This document shows positions 37,582 to 47,321 of a stretch of 64,000 nucleotides of DNA, in pieces. Below the pieces are notes generated by a model that was not told the DNA's origin, searched no databases, and worked only from the letters and a program-made list of their open reading frames with translations. This DNA is from Candidatus Dojkabacteria bacterium (lineage in GTDB: Bacteria; Patescibacteriota; Dojkabacteria; GCA-002793355): contig CP129470.1 in the NCBI GenBank assembly GCA_030583685.1, positions 635,412 to 699,411 of the forward strand, given 5' to 3'. Position 1 is the first letter of the stretch, and each line of letters begins with the position of its first letter. The position numbers and the translations under genes are program-made.

Positions 37582-39304
37582 TAACGTAATCGCTGCGCCA
37601 CAATTATCCGACTATTTTGTTTCTCATGCTGAAATTGAATATCTTTATGATGGAGAGGGAGAAAATTCTGGTGCTATAGATCCTAATGCTCTATCTGCGG
37701 GAGGTGGACCATTTATTTTTCGAATGATTTTAAGATTTGTCGATACAAGTCGGGCCGTTGCATCAGAAATTCCTAATAGATTGCAACAAACATTAAAGCA
37801 AGTTCTGCCTTCGATGGGAAATCAAGCGATTCAAGAGTTGAACTCGCAAATTGTTAGTCATTTGGAGCGGATGGGTATAAATTCTCTAGAGTCATTCGAA
37901 TATCTTGAGAAGAAAATTATCGAAAAGATGCCTGATATTCTTGAACTTTACAACAATACAGCACTGATTCAACGTTTGAACGGATTGTTTGAAACGGAAT
38001 ATGGAATCGTTTGGTTCGCACCAAAATTGTGGAGGGAATATAAACTGCGCCAGATAGAGCTTTTCTTAAAAGCAGTGAGACAAGGGAAGCAAATAGGTCC
38101 TTTTGCAGCTGATTTTAACAAAAATATGAAAGCGTATCTTGATACTCTTTGCCAAACGCTTGAACCAATTCCACCCGAGTATGTTACATTTGATGTTGAA
38201 TGGGAAACTGACTTTAGTTACTACGTTGCCTATAAAAAGAGTCAGGAAGGTGTTATTATACGAGTATTGATGGATTTGCACTCCAATAGTGGCTTGTTTG
38301 CTGAGATCCCATTACAAGCAATCCTTGCTCCATACGGAAAGAAACGATACAACGATGTTTATGGACTACTACTTGAATCTGATGCAGGGGTACAGGAAAG
38401 GAACGGTTTTAGATATACGAATCATAAATGTAAGATCATAATTGAGGAAGGTGGGCGAAAAGAACTTTGTTTCTCTTCTGGCATCATGATTAAGCTTGCA
38501 GATTCTGTTACAACAACACGCGAGGCTATCCAAGGAGATTTTAAGCAATATGCATATCTTTGGGAATGGTTCGATAAATCAAAGTTTGATTACTCACGGG
38601 ATAGTCATCGAAAGATGTATCTCTCAAGTTTTTTAAATGCAAAATCTGGATTTTTCGAAATTTTCAAGTATGCTCAGGAAAAATATGGTATTTCGTTGAA
38701 GTATCCAAAAACGAATGTGTTTGGGAAGAAAAGTATTCCAAATATGGACGGTTACTCTGAGTTTGTCAATATTAAAGATGGTGGCTGGTGTTCTACTGGA
38801 GGAAAACATGTACACCTTGTTAAAAAGGAGCACCTTAAGAGAGATGTTGAGAAATTACATTATCCTGGTTACCTTGTGCAGATACATATACCTTCACTTC
38901 TTTTTATTCATGAGGATGGAACAAAATATCATGGACACGCACGAAAAGTTTCGATTGTCAATCGAAGTGGTGACATTGTTCATCTCGGTTTCTTCTTGCG
39001 TATGGTTGAAGAGAGTAAAGGAAACAGTTCAGGTTACCGAGCTTATCGTATGGTATTTAATGATGAAGGGAATTTCATTGTTTCGTATAGAACTGGGGGA
39101 GAACCACAAACATACTTGTCGCTTGAGGAAACAAAACTCAAGCCATTAGTAAGCGATTTGAAAGCATTTCTAATTGAGGTAAAACAGGAATGGCATAAAC
39201 AAATTTATGCATTAAATAAATTTGTTGCAGAAGAAGATGTGCCAGCTTTTGTCGCACAACTCGTAAAAGATGGTAAACTGTCAAAGAGATATTTAATAAG
39301 TTAA
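37553..39304 (+). CDS. large hypothetical protein (583 aa) with no recognisable motif
   Basis: Long uninterrupted ORF co-oriented within the enzyme cluster. Contains the Cys/His-containing stretch GGWCSTGGKHVHLV...HYPGY...HGH, but no assignable family. Confidence 0.55.
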   Translation: MPYGYMEKISNVIAAPQLSDYFVSHAEIEYLYDGEGENSGAIDPNALSAGGGPFIFRMILRFVDTSRAVASEIPNRLQQTLKQVLPSMGNQAIQELNSQIVSHLERMGINSLESFEYLEKKIIEKMPDILELYNNTALIQRLNGLFETEYGIVWFAPKLWREYKLRQIELFLKAVRQGKQIGPFAADFNKNMKAYLDTLCQTLEPIPPEYVTFDVEWETDFSYYVAYKKSQEGVIIRVLMDLHSNSGLFAEIPLQAILAPYGKKRYNDVYGLLLESDAGVQERNGFRYTNHKCKIIIEEGGRKELCFSSGIMIKLADSVTTTREAIQGDFKQYAYLWEWFDKSKFDYSRDSHRKMYLSSFLNAKSGFFEIFKYAQEKYGISLKYPKTNVFGKKSIPNMDGYSEFVNIKDGGWCSTGGKHVHLVKKEHLKRDVEKLHYPGYLVQIHIPSLLFIHEDGTKYHGHARKVSIVNRSGDIVHLGFFLRMVEESKGNSSGYRAYRMVFNDEGNFIVSYRTGGEPQTYLSLEETKLKPLVSDLKAFLIEVKQEWHKQIYALNKFVAEEDVPAFVAQLVKDGKLSKRYLIS

Positions 39305-39316
39305 TAAAACTTTCTG

Positions 39317-40651
39317 ATGAAACTTTATGAAAATTACCAAAAATCGTTACAGGAGCTGGTTGCATTACAATCCATTTCTACTGACCCAACTTTTGCGCAG
39401 GGCATTGAGGACACCGTTCAGTGGCTCGTTTCGTACTTTGAAAAAAATGGCTTCTCTGTAGAGCGAGTAGATGGATATGGCAACCCGATTGTTGTCGCAC
39501 GGTATACCGTTGCGCCTGAAAAAGAAACCTATTTTGTGTACGGACACTACGATGTACAGCCTGCTTCTCAGGAAGACGGTTGGGAGAGTGATCCTTTCTC
39601 TTTGACGGAGCGTGATGGAAAGTTATACGGACGCGGAGTTGTTGATAATAAAGGGCAATTTATGGTGCATTTAACCAGTATTGTTGCTTTGATTGAAGAG
39701 GGAAAACTTGAAAAGAATGTTGTGTTTGTTGTTGAAGGAGATGAGGAAACCGGTGGCGAAGGCATCACGAAACTTTTTGAGGCACGACCCGAGTTATTCA
39801 AGGCAGATCAATATATTATTTCAGACGGAGAAATGCCGTACAAACCTGTAATCACTGCTTCTTTCCGAGGGACCTTTAATATCACCGCAAAAATTACGAC
39901 TGCTGCAAATAACTTGCACTCTGGTCTGTATGGCGGCGCAGCACCAAGTGCCACAGTTGTTGCGTCAAAACTGGTTGCGGGCATGTATGACGATGAGAAC
40001 AGACTGGCGATTACTGGATTCTATAATAACGATTTGGTCGCAGATGAAGTTGAAATGCAACTTTGTCGTGACATGGATGCAGTGAAGACAGCAACTCTTG
40101 AGCAAACTGGCGTGAAAAAATGGTTTACTGGCCCAAACAACTCATTCTGTGAAGTCGTTGGCTTTACCACTATGGTGGTTCCTTCTGGAATTTCAAGTGG
40201 CTATACCGGCAGTGGTTACTCAAACATTGTGCCTGCCTCTGCGCTGATCAAGATGAATGTCAGAATCGCAGCAAATCAGACGGTTGAACAAGTGAAAACG
40301 TTGCTTGAGCACTACTTTGCAAAAAATACTCCAGAATACGCAACAACGGAGCTGATTGAAATGCAGAGCAATAATGAACCAATCAAGGTGAATATTAACT
40401 CAGATATGCACAAAAGAACTATTCAATTGCTCGAGGAAGTCTATGGAGACAAGGTATTGATTGACTATTGTGGTGCAACTCTTCCGGTGGTAATTGATAT
40501 CAAACGCGTTTTTGGTGCTGATCCCGTACTGATTTCTTTGGCGAATGATGATTGTAATATGCATGGAGTCAATGAGAATTACGATATCGAGCTCTTGAAG
40601 AAAGGATTGGAGTTTTCTTACCGATTGTTTGGCGGGAATAGTAATGGGTGA
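39317..40651 (+). CDS. M20-family metallopeptidase (dipeptidase/ArgE/DapE-like)
   Basis: Metal-binding motifs GHYDVQPA, VDNKGQ and EGDEETGG. 444 aa. Confidence 0.75.
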   Translation: MKLYENYQKSLQELVALQSISTDPTFAQGIEDTVQWLVSYFEKNGFSVERVDGYGNPIVVARYTVAPEKETYFVYGHYDVQPASQEDGWESDPFSLTERDGKLYGRGVVDNKGQFMVHLTSIVALIEEGKLEKNVVFVVEGDEETGGEGITKLFEARPELFKADQYIISDGEMPYKPVITASFRGTFNITAKITTAANNLHSGLYGGAAPSATVVASKLVAGMYDDENRLAITGFYNNDLVADEVEMQLCRDMDAVKTATLEQTGVKKWFTGPNNSFCEVVGFTTMVVPSGISSGYTGSGYSNIVPASALIKMNVRIAANQTVEQVKTLLEHYFAKNTPEYATTELIEMQSNNEPIKVNINSDMHKRTIQLLEEVYGDKVLIDYCGATLPVVIDIKRVFGADPVLISLANDDCNMHGVNENYDIELLKKGLEFSYRLFGGNSNG

Positions 40652-41111
40652 GTATTTAGAAGGTAGTTTCTTCTCTCGAGTTCATGAGATTGAAAGGTAT
40701 GAAGGAAGTCAGCTTGTGCTATGCTCGATGTCAGAACAAAACAGGTTTACCTTAGCACTTACACAGAAAACAGGTAAAAAACACCTTATTGCCGCCAAGG
40801 TCGTAATTGAGGTCTCCGCTCCGAGTTCTTTTCCTATACCACAAGACCATCTAAGAAGCTTACAAATGTATAATAGAATAGCTAGCTATGCTTTTAAATC
40901 GTATAAAATAGAGAAAGGGTATGGTAGCTATTTGTGGAAAAAAGCAGATGAGTGGGTGAAAATGCAACGCCTTCCTGTATTTATTGAAGATACTAATCCT
41001 ATGTCATCAGCCGGATGGACAAGTGCAATGATAATAAAGTTGCATCCTAACGCTCAATATCTTGGAAAGAATGAAAGAGGAAACCACACATGGATATACA
41101 ATAAGAAATAA
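40629..41111 (+). CDS. hypothetical protein
   Basis: 160-aa ORF overlapping the M20 gene's 3' end. No motif. Confidence 0.35.
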   Translation: MAGIVMGEYLEGSFFSRVHEIERYEGSQLVLCSMSEQNRFTLALTQKTGKKHLIAAKVVIEVSAPSSFPIPQDHLRSLQMYNRIASYAFKSYKIEKGYGSYLWKKADEWVKMQRLPVFIEDTNPMSSAGWTSAMIIKLHPNAQYLGKNERGNHTWIYNKK

Positions 41112-41127
41112 AATTTGAACTCGTCTT

Positions 41128-42567
41128 TCAATATTCCCCCTTCTCACTCAAATACTGCTGTAAATAGTACCCTGTTTTTGTTAAATAGCCACGATTGTAG
41201 AGTTCTTGCGCGCGGGTAACACCGATATAGCGAATATGCCAGGGTTCGTACGTGTAGCCGGTGTATGGTTCTGAGCCGTTGGGATAGGAAATGATTAATC
41301 CGAATTTGTGTGCGTTATTGTGTAAGTAGGTGTAAACCGGTGTGTTTTTTGAGTCATAAAAATTGCATGGATAATTGCAGCCCATGATATCGACTGTTGT
41401 GCCTAATTGATGTTCAGAATGACCAGGTTTTGCGGAATACGTATTCGCTTTTACGACAGCCTGTTCGTAGGTGAGTCCCTTTTTTCTCTCATTATTGACG
41501 TACGAATTGAAGAGCGATTGTTGTGTTGTATACGACCGATATGAAGACGAAACTCGCATAACAGAAATCCCATTCGCTTTTGCATCAGCAAAAAGTTTTT
41601 GCAACGCGGTTCTCGTGTCAGGAGTAACATAGCCACCGCCGGTAACACCGGTTGCAACAACATAGGGAATATAGGATGAAGGCAGTGCGAAGTTCTTGCT
41701 GACGGGGGCAAGCCAGCAATTCTTACAACTAAGCACGCCACTGGTTGGTTTCGGCTTGGCGCAAAGTGATTGCAATGCTGTGAGTACGTTTCCTAATCGA
41801 TATTGCTGTTGATCTTTCAGGTAGTATAGGGGAATAGTCGCTTTTGTTGTGCAGTTTTTCTGCTGCAGGGTTACGGTCCCAATCTGAATCAAAAATTCTG
41901 ATTCTTCGCCGAGTGCAAGCGAGACTGATGCAGTGTGTTCCAAACGATACGCAAGGTCAGAGATTTTGAATATCGAGGCAAGTGTTCCAAAGTCTGTCGC
42001 AAGCAGGAAAGATTCTGCAGTATTCTGTTGTTTTTTCGACAGCGCAGTTTTCAGAGAATTCCAGTTGTCAGTTAGTTGTTTGGTCAGTTCTGCGTGTACT
42101 TTTTCACCAATAAATCGTTTTTCGTGCAACGGAGCGGTGAGTATCCGAGTTGAGTGATCATAGTACGCGGTTATTTTACCGTTTACCTGAACTTCGCGCA
42201 CTTCGACTTCGGCAAAACCATCGTGCCCCGCGGGAAAGGTATATTCCCACTCGGCAGGAAAGGTCGGATCAGTGCTTGTTTCAACGGTAAAGGGGAGGGC
42301 AACTTCTTTTGTTTCGACAATCGTCTCGGTAATCGTTAAACCGAGACTCTTTTTTTGCAATGCAGTTTGGTTTGGCGCTTCACCGTACAACAGAGTCAGC
42401 GCGTGTTGTCCGTTCTCAACAGAGGCAAATGAACCGGTGCGTAACTGATGCCACGCAATACCTTTATGGAGCGGCGAGGTCGGCCACTCCCACAAGAACA
42501 TGCCCAACGAACCAATGGTTGCGATACCAATCAGGATAGGCAGGAGTACTTCTCGCAACTTCATCAT
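41128..42567 (-). CDS. membrane-anchored VanY / M15-family D-alanyl-D-alanine carboxypeptidase
   Basis: N-terminal TM. C-terminal M15 signature SAKPGHSEHQLGTTVD ... EPWHIRYIG. Confidence 0.75.
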   Translation of the reverse strand: MMKLREVLLPILIGIATIGSLGMFLWEWPTSPLHKGIAWHQLRTGSFASVENGQHALTLLYGEAPNQTALQKKSLGLTITETIVETKEVALPFTVETSTDPTFPAEWEYTFPAGHDGFAEVEVREVQVNGKITAYYDHSTRILTAPLHEKRFIGEKVHAELTKQLTDNWNSLKTALSKKQQNTAESFLLATDFGTLASIFKISDLAYRLEHTASVSLALGEESEFLIQIGTVTLQQKNCTTKATIPLYYLKDQQQYRLGNVLTALQSLCAKPKPTSGVLSCKNCWLAPVSKNFALPSSYIPYVVATGVTGGGYVTPDTRTALQKLFADAKANGISVMRVSSSYRSYTTQQSLFNSYVNNERKKGLTYEQAVVKANTYSAKPGHSEHQLGTTVDIMGCNYPCNFYDSKNTPVYTYLHNNAHKFGLIISYPNGSEPYTGYTYEPWHIRYIGVTRAQELYNRGYLTKTGYYLQQYLSEKGEY

Positions 42568-42598
42568 GGTGCATTATAGCGGAAATGGGCAGAGGAAT

Positions 42599-43627
42599 TT
42601 AATCGTTAAGTGTATCGGAAATTCTCGCCAGGTAATCTTCTAATGCTCGATGGTTCTGATGATCTTGTATGTATTGTTGCAATTCAAGCTGCGTGTGTAT
42701 CAATCTAAATCCTCGCGGAATGGAATAAACACTGGAATTTGTCGGAAAATAAAGAAAATGAAAAGGTAGTTTTCTGTCAATAAAATGTGACTTTTCTGCA
42801 GGTCGAGGATTCTCAAGGAAGAACGTTTGTAAACGCTGTAGCGTTGAAATGAGGAGTGATCGAATGATTTCGTCATGTTCAAAAACCATTTGTCGTTTTG
42901 TCCACGCAACAGGACTTGTTTCTGCTTGTGCCTTTGCTCTTTCGACGCGAGTCTGTTTATCAGAATCCATAACAACAAAAAAACGAGGTGACCATGTCTT
43001 CAAATTGACAATAATCAGCATAAAGAGTGGTTCGGGTAAAGATATTTGCCCTGATTCTTTGTCAATTTCATAGGTTTTGGTAAATGCGCAGAGACCAACA
43101 AGAGTTTGTAGCAATCCGCCAATTGCAATAAAGTCGGCGCTGAGTGGTTTTGGCATTGTCTCCAGTTTTTTTTGCATGGTAAACGCTCCTCGAATACTTG
43201 CGTAGATATATTCTTCCCAGAGTACCGCAGCTTTTTCTTCGTCAGAAGAGTAAGGAGAGATTCGAGCCCTGTATTGTTTGTTACCAAAAAGTTCTGATGT
43301 TGGCCGATGTTCCATATATCGAAGTGATTCTTTAAGATATTCTGCGGTCGTAGTTTTTGCCGCAGCGCCAGGTCCAAGAATCATGACTCCGTTTCCAGGA
43401 TGAATTGTGGTTGTATCCTGCTTGATTGCGGTAACTTCTTGTTGGAGTAACTCAAGTCCAAAGGTAATTCTTCCTCGCAGTGTTCGTGGTGTTCCCATTT
43501 CCTGAGGAGCAAGTAGCTCTATTGCCACGTTTGCGGCAACTTCTTCTGGTTGAAAAACGAGCGGTCCAATTTTCTGACGGATTTCTGGAGCGGTTGCAGG
43601 AGGACCTTTTGCGGTTACTTGGTACAT
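42599..43627 (-). CDS. P-loop NTPase-fold protein (kinase / zeta-toxin-like Walker A) of unknown function
   Basis: Walker A MILGPGAAAKTTTAEYL. 342 aa. Immediately follows the gene at 43629-44636 (1-nt gap). Confidence 0.5.
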   Translation of the reverse strand: MYQVTAKGPPATAPEIRQKIGPLVFQPEEVAANVAIELLAPQEMGTPRTLRGRITFGLELLQQEVTAIKQDTTTIHPGNGVMILGPGAAAKTTTAEYLKESLRYMEHRPTSELFGNKQYRARISPYSSDEEKAAVLWEEYIYASIRGAFTMQKKLETMPKPLSADFIAIGGLLQTLVGLCAFTKTYEIDKESGQISLPEPLFMLIIVNLKTWSPRFFVVMDSDKQTRVERAKAQAETSPVAWTKRQMVFEHDEIIRSLLISTLQRLQTFFLENPRPAEKSHFIDRKLPFHFLYFPTNSSVYSIPRGFRLIHTQLELQQYIQDHQNHRALEDYLARISDTLND

Positions 43628-43628
43628 A

Positions 43629-44636
43629 CTACGTTGCTGAAATCAATTTGTATCCTTTTCCTGAGATTGTTCTGAGCATATACTTCTCTTGGATCGCCTT
43701 GCCAAAACGAGACATCGTTTTGTAGACTGCCCACAGGGAATAGGGCTTTTGCTGGTTCAAATGTGCGTGAATTGCTTCTTTGGAAAGGAATTTGCCAGGT
43801 TGTTGCAGAAAAAGCTCGAGAAGCTCTTGATACAGCGGTGAGAGCTGGTCCAATGTCGGTTGAGCAAGAGATTTGACAAACGCTTTGAGAAGAGGAATGG
43901 TAATAACTCCGTTTTCCGTTGTTAATCCAATCCTTTCGGTTGTCATGCGAGAAAGTGTGCGATACTCAAGCTCAAGCTGTAATAGTTCTGCGCGAATGGT
44001 CGGTTCATGAAGGAGTTTTGGAATAGTGAGAGGATGCTTTTGTTGCGCAAGCAGGAAAAGTCGCTTCGTTAGGCCGATATGTCCGTTTGTTAAGGAAAGG
44101 ATGGTTTTTCTTGCTCCTGGCGGTAATTTTTTTCCGTACAGCTGTTCTCGTACGTCGAGCAAGTGTTTCGAATTTTCTTTGGACAATGGTTTGCGAGTGA
44201 GAATCACTTCAACAGGGGTAGAGGTGTGGGAGAATACTTTTTCAGGAGTATCAAAGTATGATGCCTCAAGAATAATGAGCGAGAGAAAAGTATTCGATTT
44301 GTTCCGCATATACCGGGTAAATGCGCTTGTAAAGGACTTTTCTTTACGGAAATACCAGGGAACAAGAAGCAGTTTTTGACGCGTGCTTTCTTTCTTTTGG
44401 ACAAGATCAAGCGTTTGCGCAGTAAAGGAATCGTCGTGGTCGTAATATACGTCATACTCGCCTGAATGCTGAAAAATTGAGTATAAATAGTCGAGAAAAC
44501 GTCGGTCTCCCATCTTATAGGCAGAACAAAACGCGACACATTGTTTCCGTTGTAGTGCCTCTTGAACGAGTGTTACCTCCTCCGAAAAGTAGGGAAGTCC
44601 TTGAAGGTAGAGGGTTTGATAGGTTTGTGTGTCCAA
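43629..44636 (-). CDS. protein with a C-terminal OmpR/PhoB-type winged-helix DNA-binding domain and a non-canonical N-terminal domain
   Basis: C-terminus SLWAVYKTMSRFGKAIQEKYMLRTISGKGYKLI matches the OmpR wHTH (TVDVHI.RLRKKL...I.TVRG.GYRL). The N-terminal 230 aa lack receiver D/D/K residues and a Walker A. Confidence 0.5.
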   Translation of the reverse strand: MDTQTYQTLYLQGLPYFSEEVTLVQEALQRKQCVAFCSAYKMGDRRFLDYLYSIFQHSGEYDVYYDHDDSFTAQTLDLVQKKESTRQKLLLVPWYFRKEKSFTSAFTRYMRNKSNTFLSLIILEASYFDTPEKVFSHTSTPVEVILTRKPLSKENSKHLLDVREQLYGKKLPPGARKTILSLTNGHIGLTKRLFLLAQQKHPLTIPKLLHEPTIRAELLQLELEYRTLSRMTTERIGLTTENGVITIPLLKAFVKSLAQPTLDQLSPLYQELLELFLQQPGKFLSKEAIHAHLNQQKPYSLWAVYKTMSRFGKAIQEKYMLRTISGKGYKLISAT

Positions 44637-44723
44637 AGTTGTCCAAAAGTGTCAAGTTATGACGGTGTTACCGTGTTAATTATACCATACTTGCGGAATG
44701 TTGAATAACTTAAAAACAGGGCT

Positions 44724-45155
44724 ATGACACAACCACTTGCTATGAAACAGGTTCAAGAACAATTACTCCGTTATCAATCAGATTTGCAACATATTCCGGT
44801 ATCGGATCGCGATACCGTTGATCAGCAATTTTTCGCAATAGGCAAAAAATTGCTCTCCCTCTTCCCTCAGTTTACCTCCTCAGACCTTCCAACGCTCACG
44901 CAGTTGCTGGCCAGTTGGTATACACTCGTGTTGCAGCGCCTTCATACCGAAGCAGTTTCAGGAAATCAAGAGCTAGCCTATGCGTATGTGTTGCACTTGC
45001 TTGAGCAACCACCACTGACGGTGCAAGAAATGAAAGAACAAGTACCCTTGGCAATTAACGGAATTATCGCGTCATACCGCACAAAAGACTGGCACCGCCT
45101 TCTTTCTGGATTAGGAAGGGTGAGAGGGGGAATAGGTGAGGGTGGTGATGAATAA
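44724..45155 (+). CDS. hypothetical protein
   Basis: 143-aa ORF divergent from the wHTH/P-loop operon. The intergenic region carries a GTCCAAAG direct repeat and an AT-rich -10-like box. Confidence 0.4.
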   Translation: MTQPLAMKQVQEQLLRYQSDLQHIPVSDRDTVDQQFFAIGKKLLSLFPQFTSSDLPTLTQLLASWYTLVLQRLHTEAVSGNQELAYAYVLHLLEQPPLTVQEMKEQVPLAINGIIASYRTKDWHRLLSGLGRVRGGIGEGGDE

Positions 45156-45283
45156 GGAATTCCTTCGTTGCACTTCAAGGGAGCCTTTGTTGGTTAATGT
45201 GAGGAAGTGACGGATGTTACCCATGTTTTTGGAGAGATTATTATAAAAGTAGATTGTAGACACACATAAACAAAGACGGTACA

Positions 45284-47299
45284 ATGTTGATTATGGATGT
45301 TGCAGCTTTTGGAAATATTTCCAAAAAAAAAATAAAAATAAGTCAACGTAGGTACCTTGGGAGTAAGTCTAAGTTACTAGAATTCATTGAAGATATTCTT
45401 AAGAAAGAAAGTGTTGAATACAAGGTTTTTGCGGACATATTTGGTGGCTCTGGCGTCGTCGCTCATCACTTCTACGGGAGGGCAGATATTATTGTAAATG
45501 ACATTCTCAAGTCTAACTACCTTGCATACGTTGCATACTTTGGAAAAGGTCGAGTTCGCCAATTTTATATTGATAAAAAGATTGAAGAGTATAATGCTCT
45601 AGATTCTAAGAATATAACGGAAAATTATTTTTCAATAAATTTTGCTAATACCTATTTTGATCGTGAGAACTCCCTAAAAGCTGGTGCTATTCGAGATGAC
45701 ATTGAATTACAGTATACAAGCGGGTTTATTAATAATAGGGAACGAGCCTATTTAATTACGTCGCTGATATATGCACTTGATAGAATTGCTAACACGGTTG
45801 GTCATTATGACGCCTATAGACAAGTAACTATACCGAAACGCCCCTTGATTCTAAATCATTTAGAACTCAAAGTATGTAAGTCAAAAAGCTGGATTTACAA
45901 CATGGATGCGAACAATCTTGTAAAACTGATCAAACCAGATGTCATATATATTGACCCCCCATATAATTCTAGGCAATATTCGGACTCTTATCATCTACTG
46001 GAAAATATAGCTGAATGGAAGAAAGAGCCAGTATATGGAGTTGCAAGAAAAATTAACCGCTCTCACCTCAAAAGTAAATATTGTCTTAAGATTGCCGGGG
46101 AAACTTTTAGCGATTTGATTGATAAGATCGACGCAAAATACATTCTTGTTTCGTACAACGATATGGGAAAGAATGGAGATAACCGGTCTCAATCTCGAAT
46201 CACTGATCATGAAATCATTTCTGCGCTAGAACGATGTGGTGATGTTAAGATTTATGAAAAATCTTATAAACAATTCACTACAGGTCGATCGTCAAAGAAG
46301 GATCTTAGTGAAAGAATCTTTTTTTGCAGAGTCGGCAAAAGTCCACAAAAAAGGAGGTTACAGGTTTTCGTATCTAAAGGTGATGAGAGGAGAGAATTTA
46401 TAAAGTCTCCACTAAATTATACAGGTGGTAAATATAAATTACTTCCACAGATAACAAAATTTTTTCCAGATGAAATTGAAACATTTTATGATGTGTTTTG
46501 CGGTGGGGCGAATGTCGGGATAAATGTAAATTGTAAAAATGTAGTATGTATTGATAAGGATAGTCATGTAATAGATTTGCATCATTTAATTTCAACTGTT
46601 AACTTTGATGAGTTACATCAAAATATTCTTGCAATTATAGATCGATTTGGTTTGAGTCATAGTTTTGTGAATGGTTACGAGGTGTATGGCACTGAAAGTT
46701 CTAAAGGTCTGGGGCAGTACAATAAAGATAAATATTTATTGCTACGAGCAGAATATAATAAGATGGAGCAGTCTAATGAGAAAACACTTCTACTACTTGT
46801 ATTAATTATATATGCATTTAACAATCAAATACGCTTTAATTCAAAAGGTGACTTCAATTTGCCTGTAGGAAAGCGTGATTATAACGGTAGCTTACGCAGA
46901 AATCTTGCTGCATTTAACCGGGCAGCTATGGAAAAAGTAATTAAATTTCAGGTTGCTGATTTTAAGGATATACTCAAAATGCCCCTTATAGAAAAAGATT
47001 TTGTCTATCTGGATCCTCCATATTTACTTGGACTTGCTTCGTATAATGAAAATGGTAGATGGAATGAAAATCATGAGAAAAAACTATATTGGGTTCTCGA
47101 TAAGCTCAATAAACGTGGAATTCGGTTTGCTTTGTCTAACGTTATAGAACATAAGGGTACCTCAAACAAAATTCTTAAAAAATGGATTGAAAGTCGTGGG
47201 TATAGACTGAATGAGTTAGACTTTCACTACAATAACTCTAACTATCAGTCGAAGGCGAAATTTGACAGTTCGCTTGAGGTGCTCATTACAAATTACTAA
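45284..47299 (+). CDS. type IIS restriction-modification methyltransferase: fusion of two Dam-like (D12 class) N6-adenine DNA methyltransferase domains
   Basis: Two complete MTase modules, each with a DPPY motif (YIDPPYNSRQY; YLDPPYLLGLASY), plus N-terminal SAM-binding regions (FADIFGGSG; DVFCGGANVG). 671 aa. Strongly AT-rich. TACAAT overlaps the first ATG, so the real start is probably the ATG at about 45293. Confidence 0.8.
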   Translation: MLIMDVAAFGNISKKKIKISQRRYLGSKSKLLEFIEDILKKESVEYKVFADIFGGSGVVAHHFYGRADIIVNDILKSNYLAYVAYFGKGRVRQFYIDKKIEEYNALDSKNITENYFSINFANTYFDRENSLKAGAIRDDIELQYTSGFINNRERAYLITSLIYALDRIANTVGHYDAYRQVTIPKRPLILNHLELKVCKSKSWIYNMDANNLVKLIKPDVIYIDPPYNSRQYSDSYHLLENIAEWKKEPVYGVARKINRSHLKSKYCLKIAGETFSDLIDKIDAKYILVSYNDMGKNGDNRSQSRITDHEIISALERCGDVKIYEKSYKQFTTGRSSKKDLSERIFFCRVGKSPQKRRLQVFVSKGDERREFIKSPLNYTGGKYKLLPQITKFFPDEIETFYDVFCGGANVGINVNCKNVVCIDKDSHVIDLHHLISTVNFDELHQNILAIIDRFGLSHSFVNGYEVYGTESSKGLGQYNKDKYLLLRAEYNKMEQSNEKTLLLLVLIIYAFNNQIRFNSKGDFNLPVGKRDYNGSLRRNLAAFNRAAMEKVIKFQVADFKDILKMPLIEKDFVYLDPPYLLGLASYNENGRWNENHEKKLYWVLDKLNKRGIRFALSNVIEHKGTSNKILKKWIESRGYRLNELDFHYNNSNYQSKAKFDSSLEVLITNY

Positions 47300-47304
47300 T
47301 TAGT

Positions 47305-47313
47305 TGATATAAT
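47305..47313 (+). promoter_or_regulatory. extended -10 TGATATAAT immediately upstream of the restriction endonuclease gene (ATG at 47322)
   Basis: Read directly. Gives the REase its own promoter at the 3' end of the MTase gene. Confidence 0.5.
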
Positions 47314-47321
47314 TACAAATA

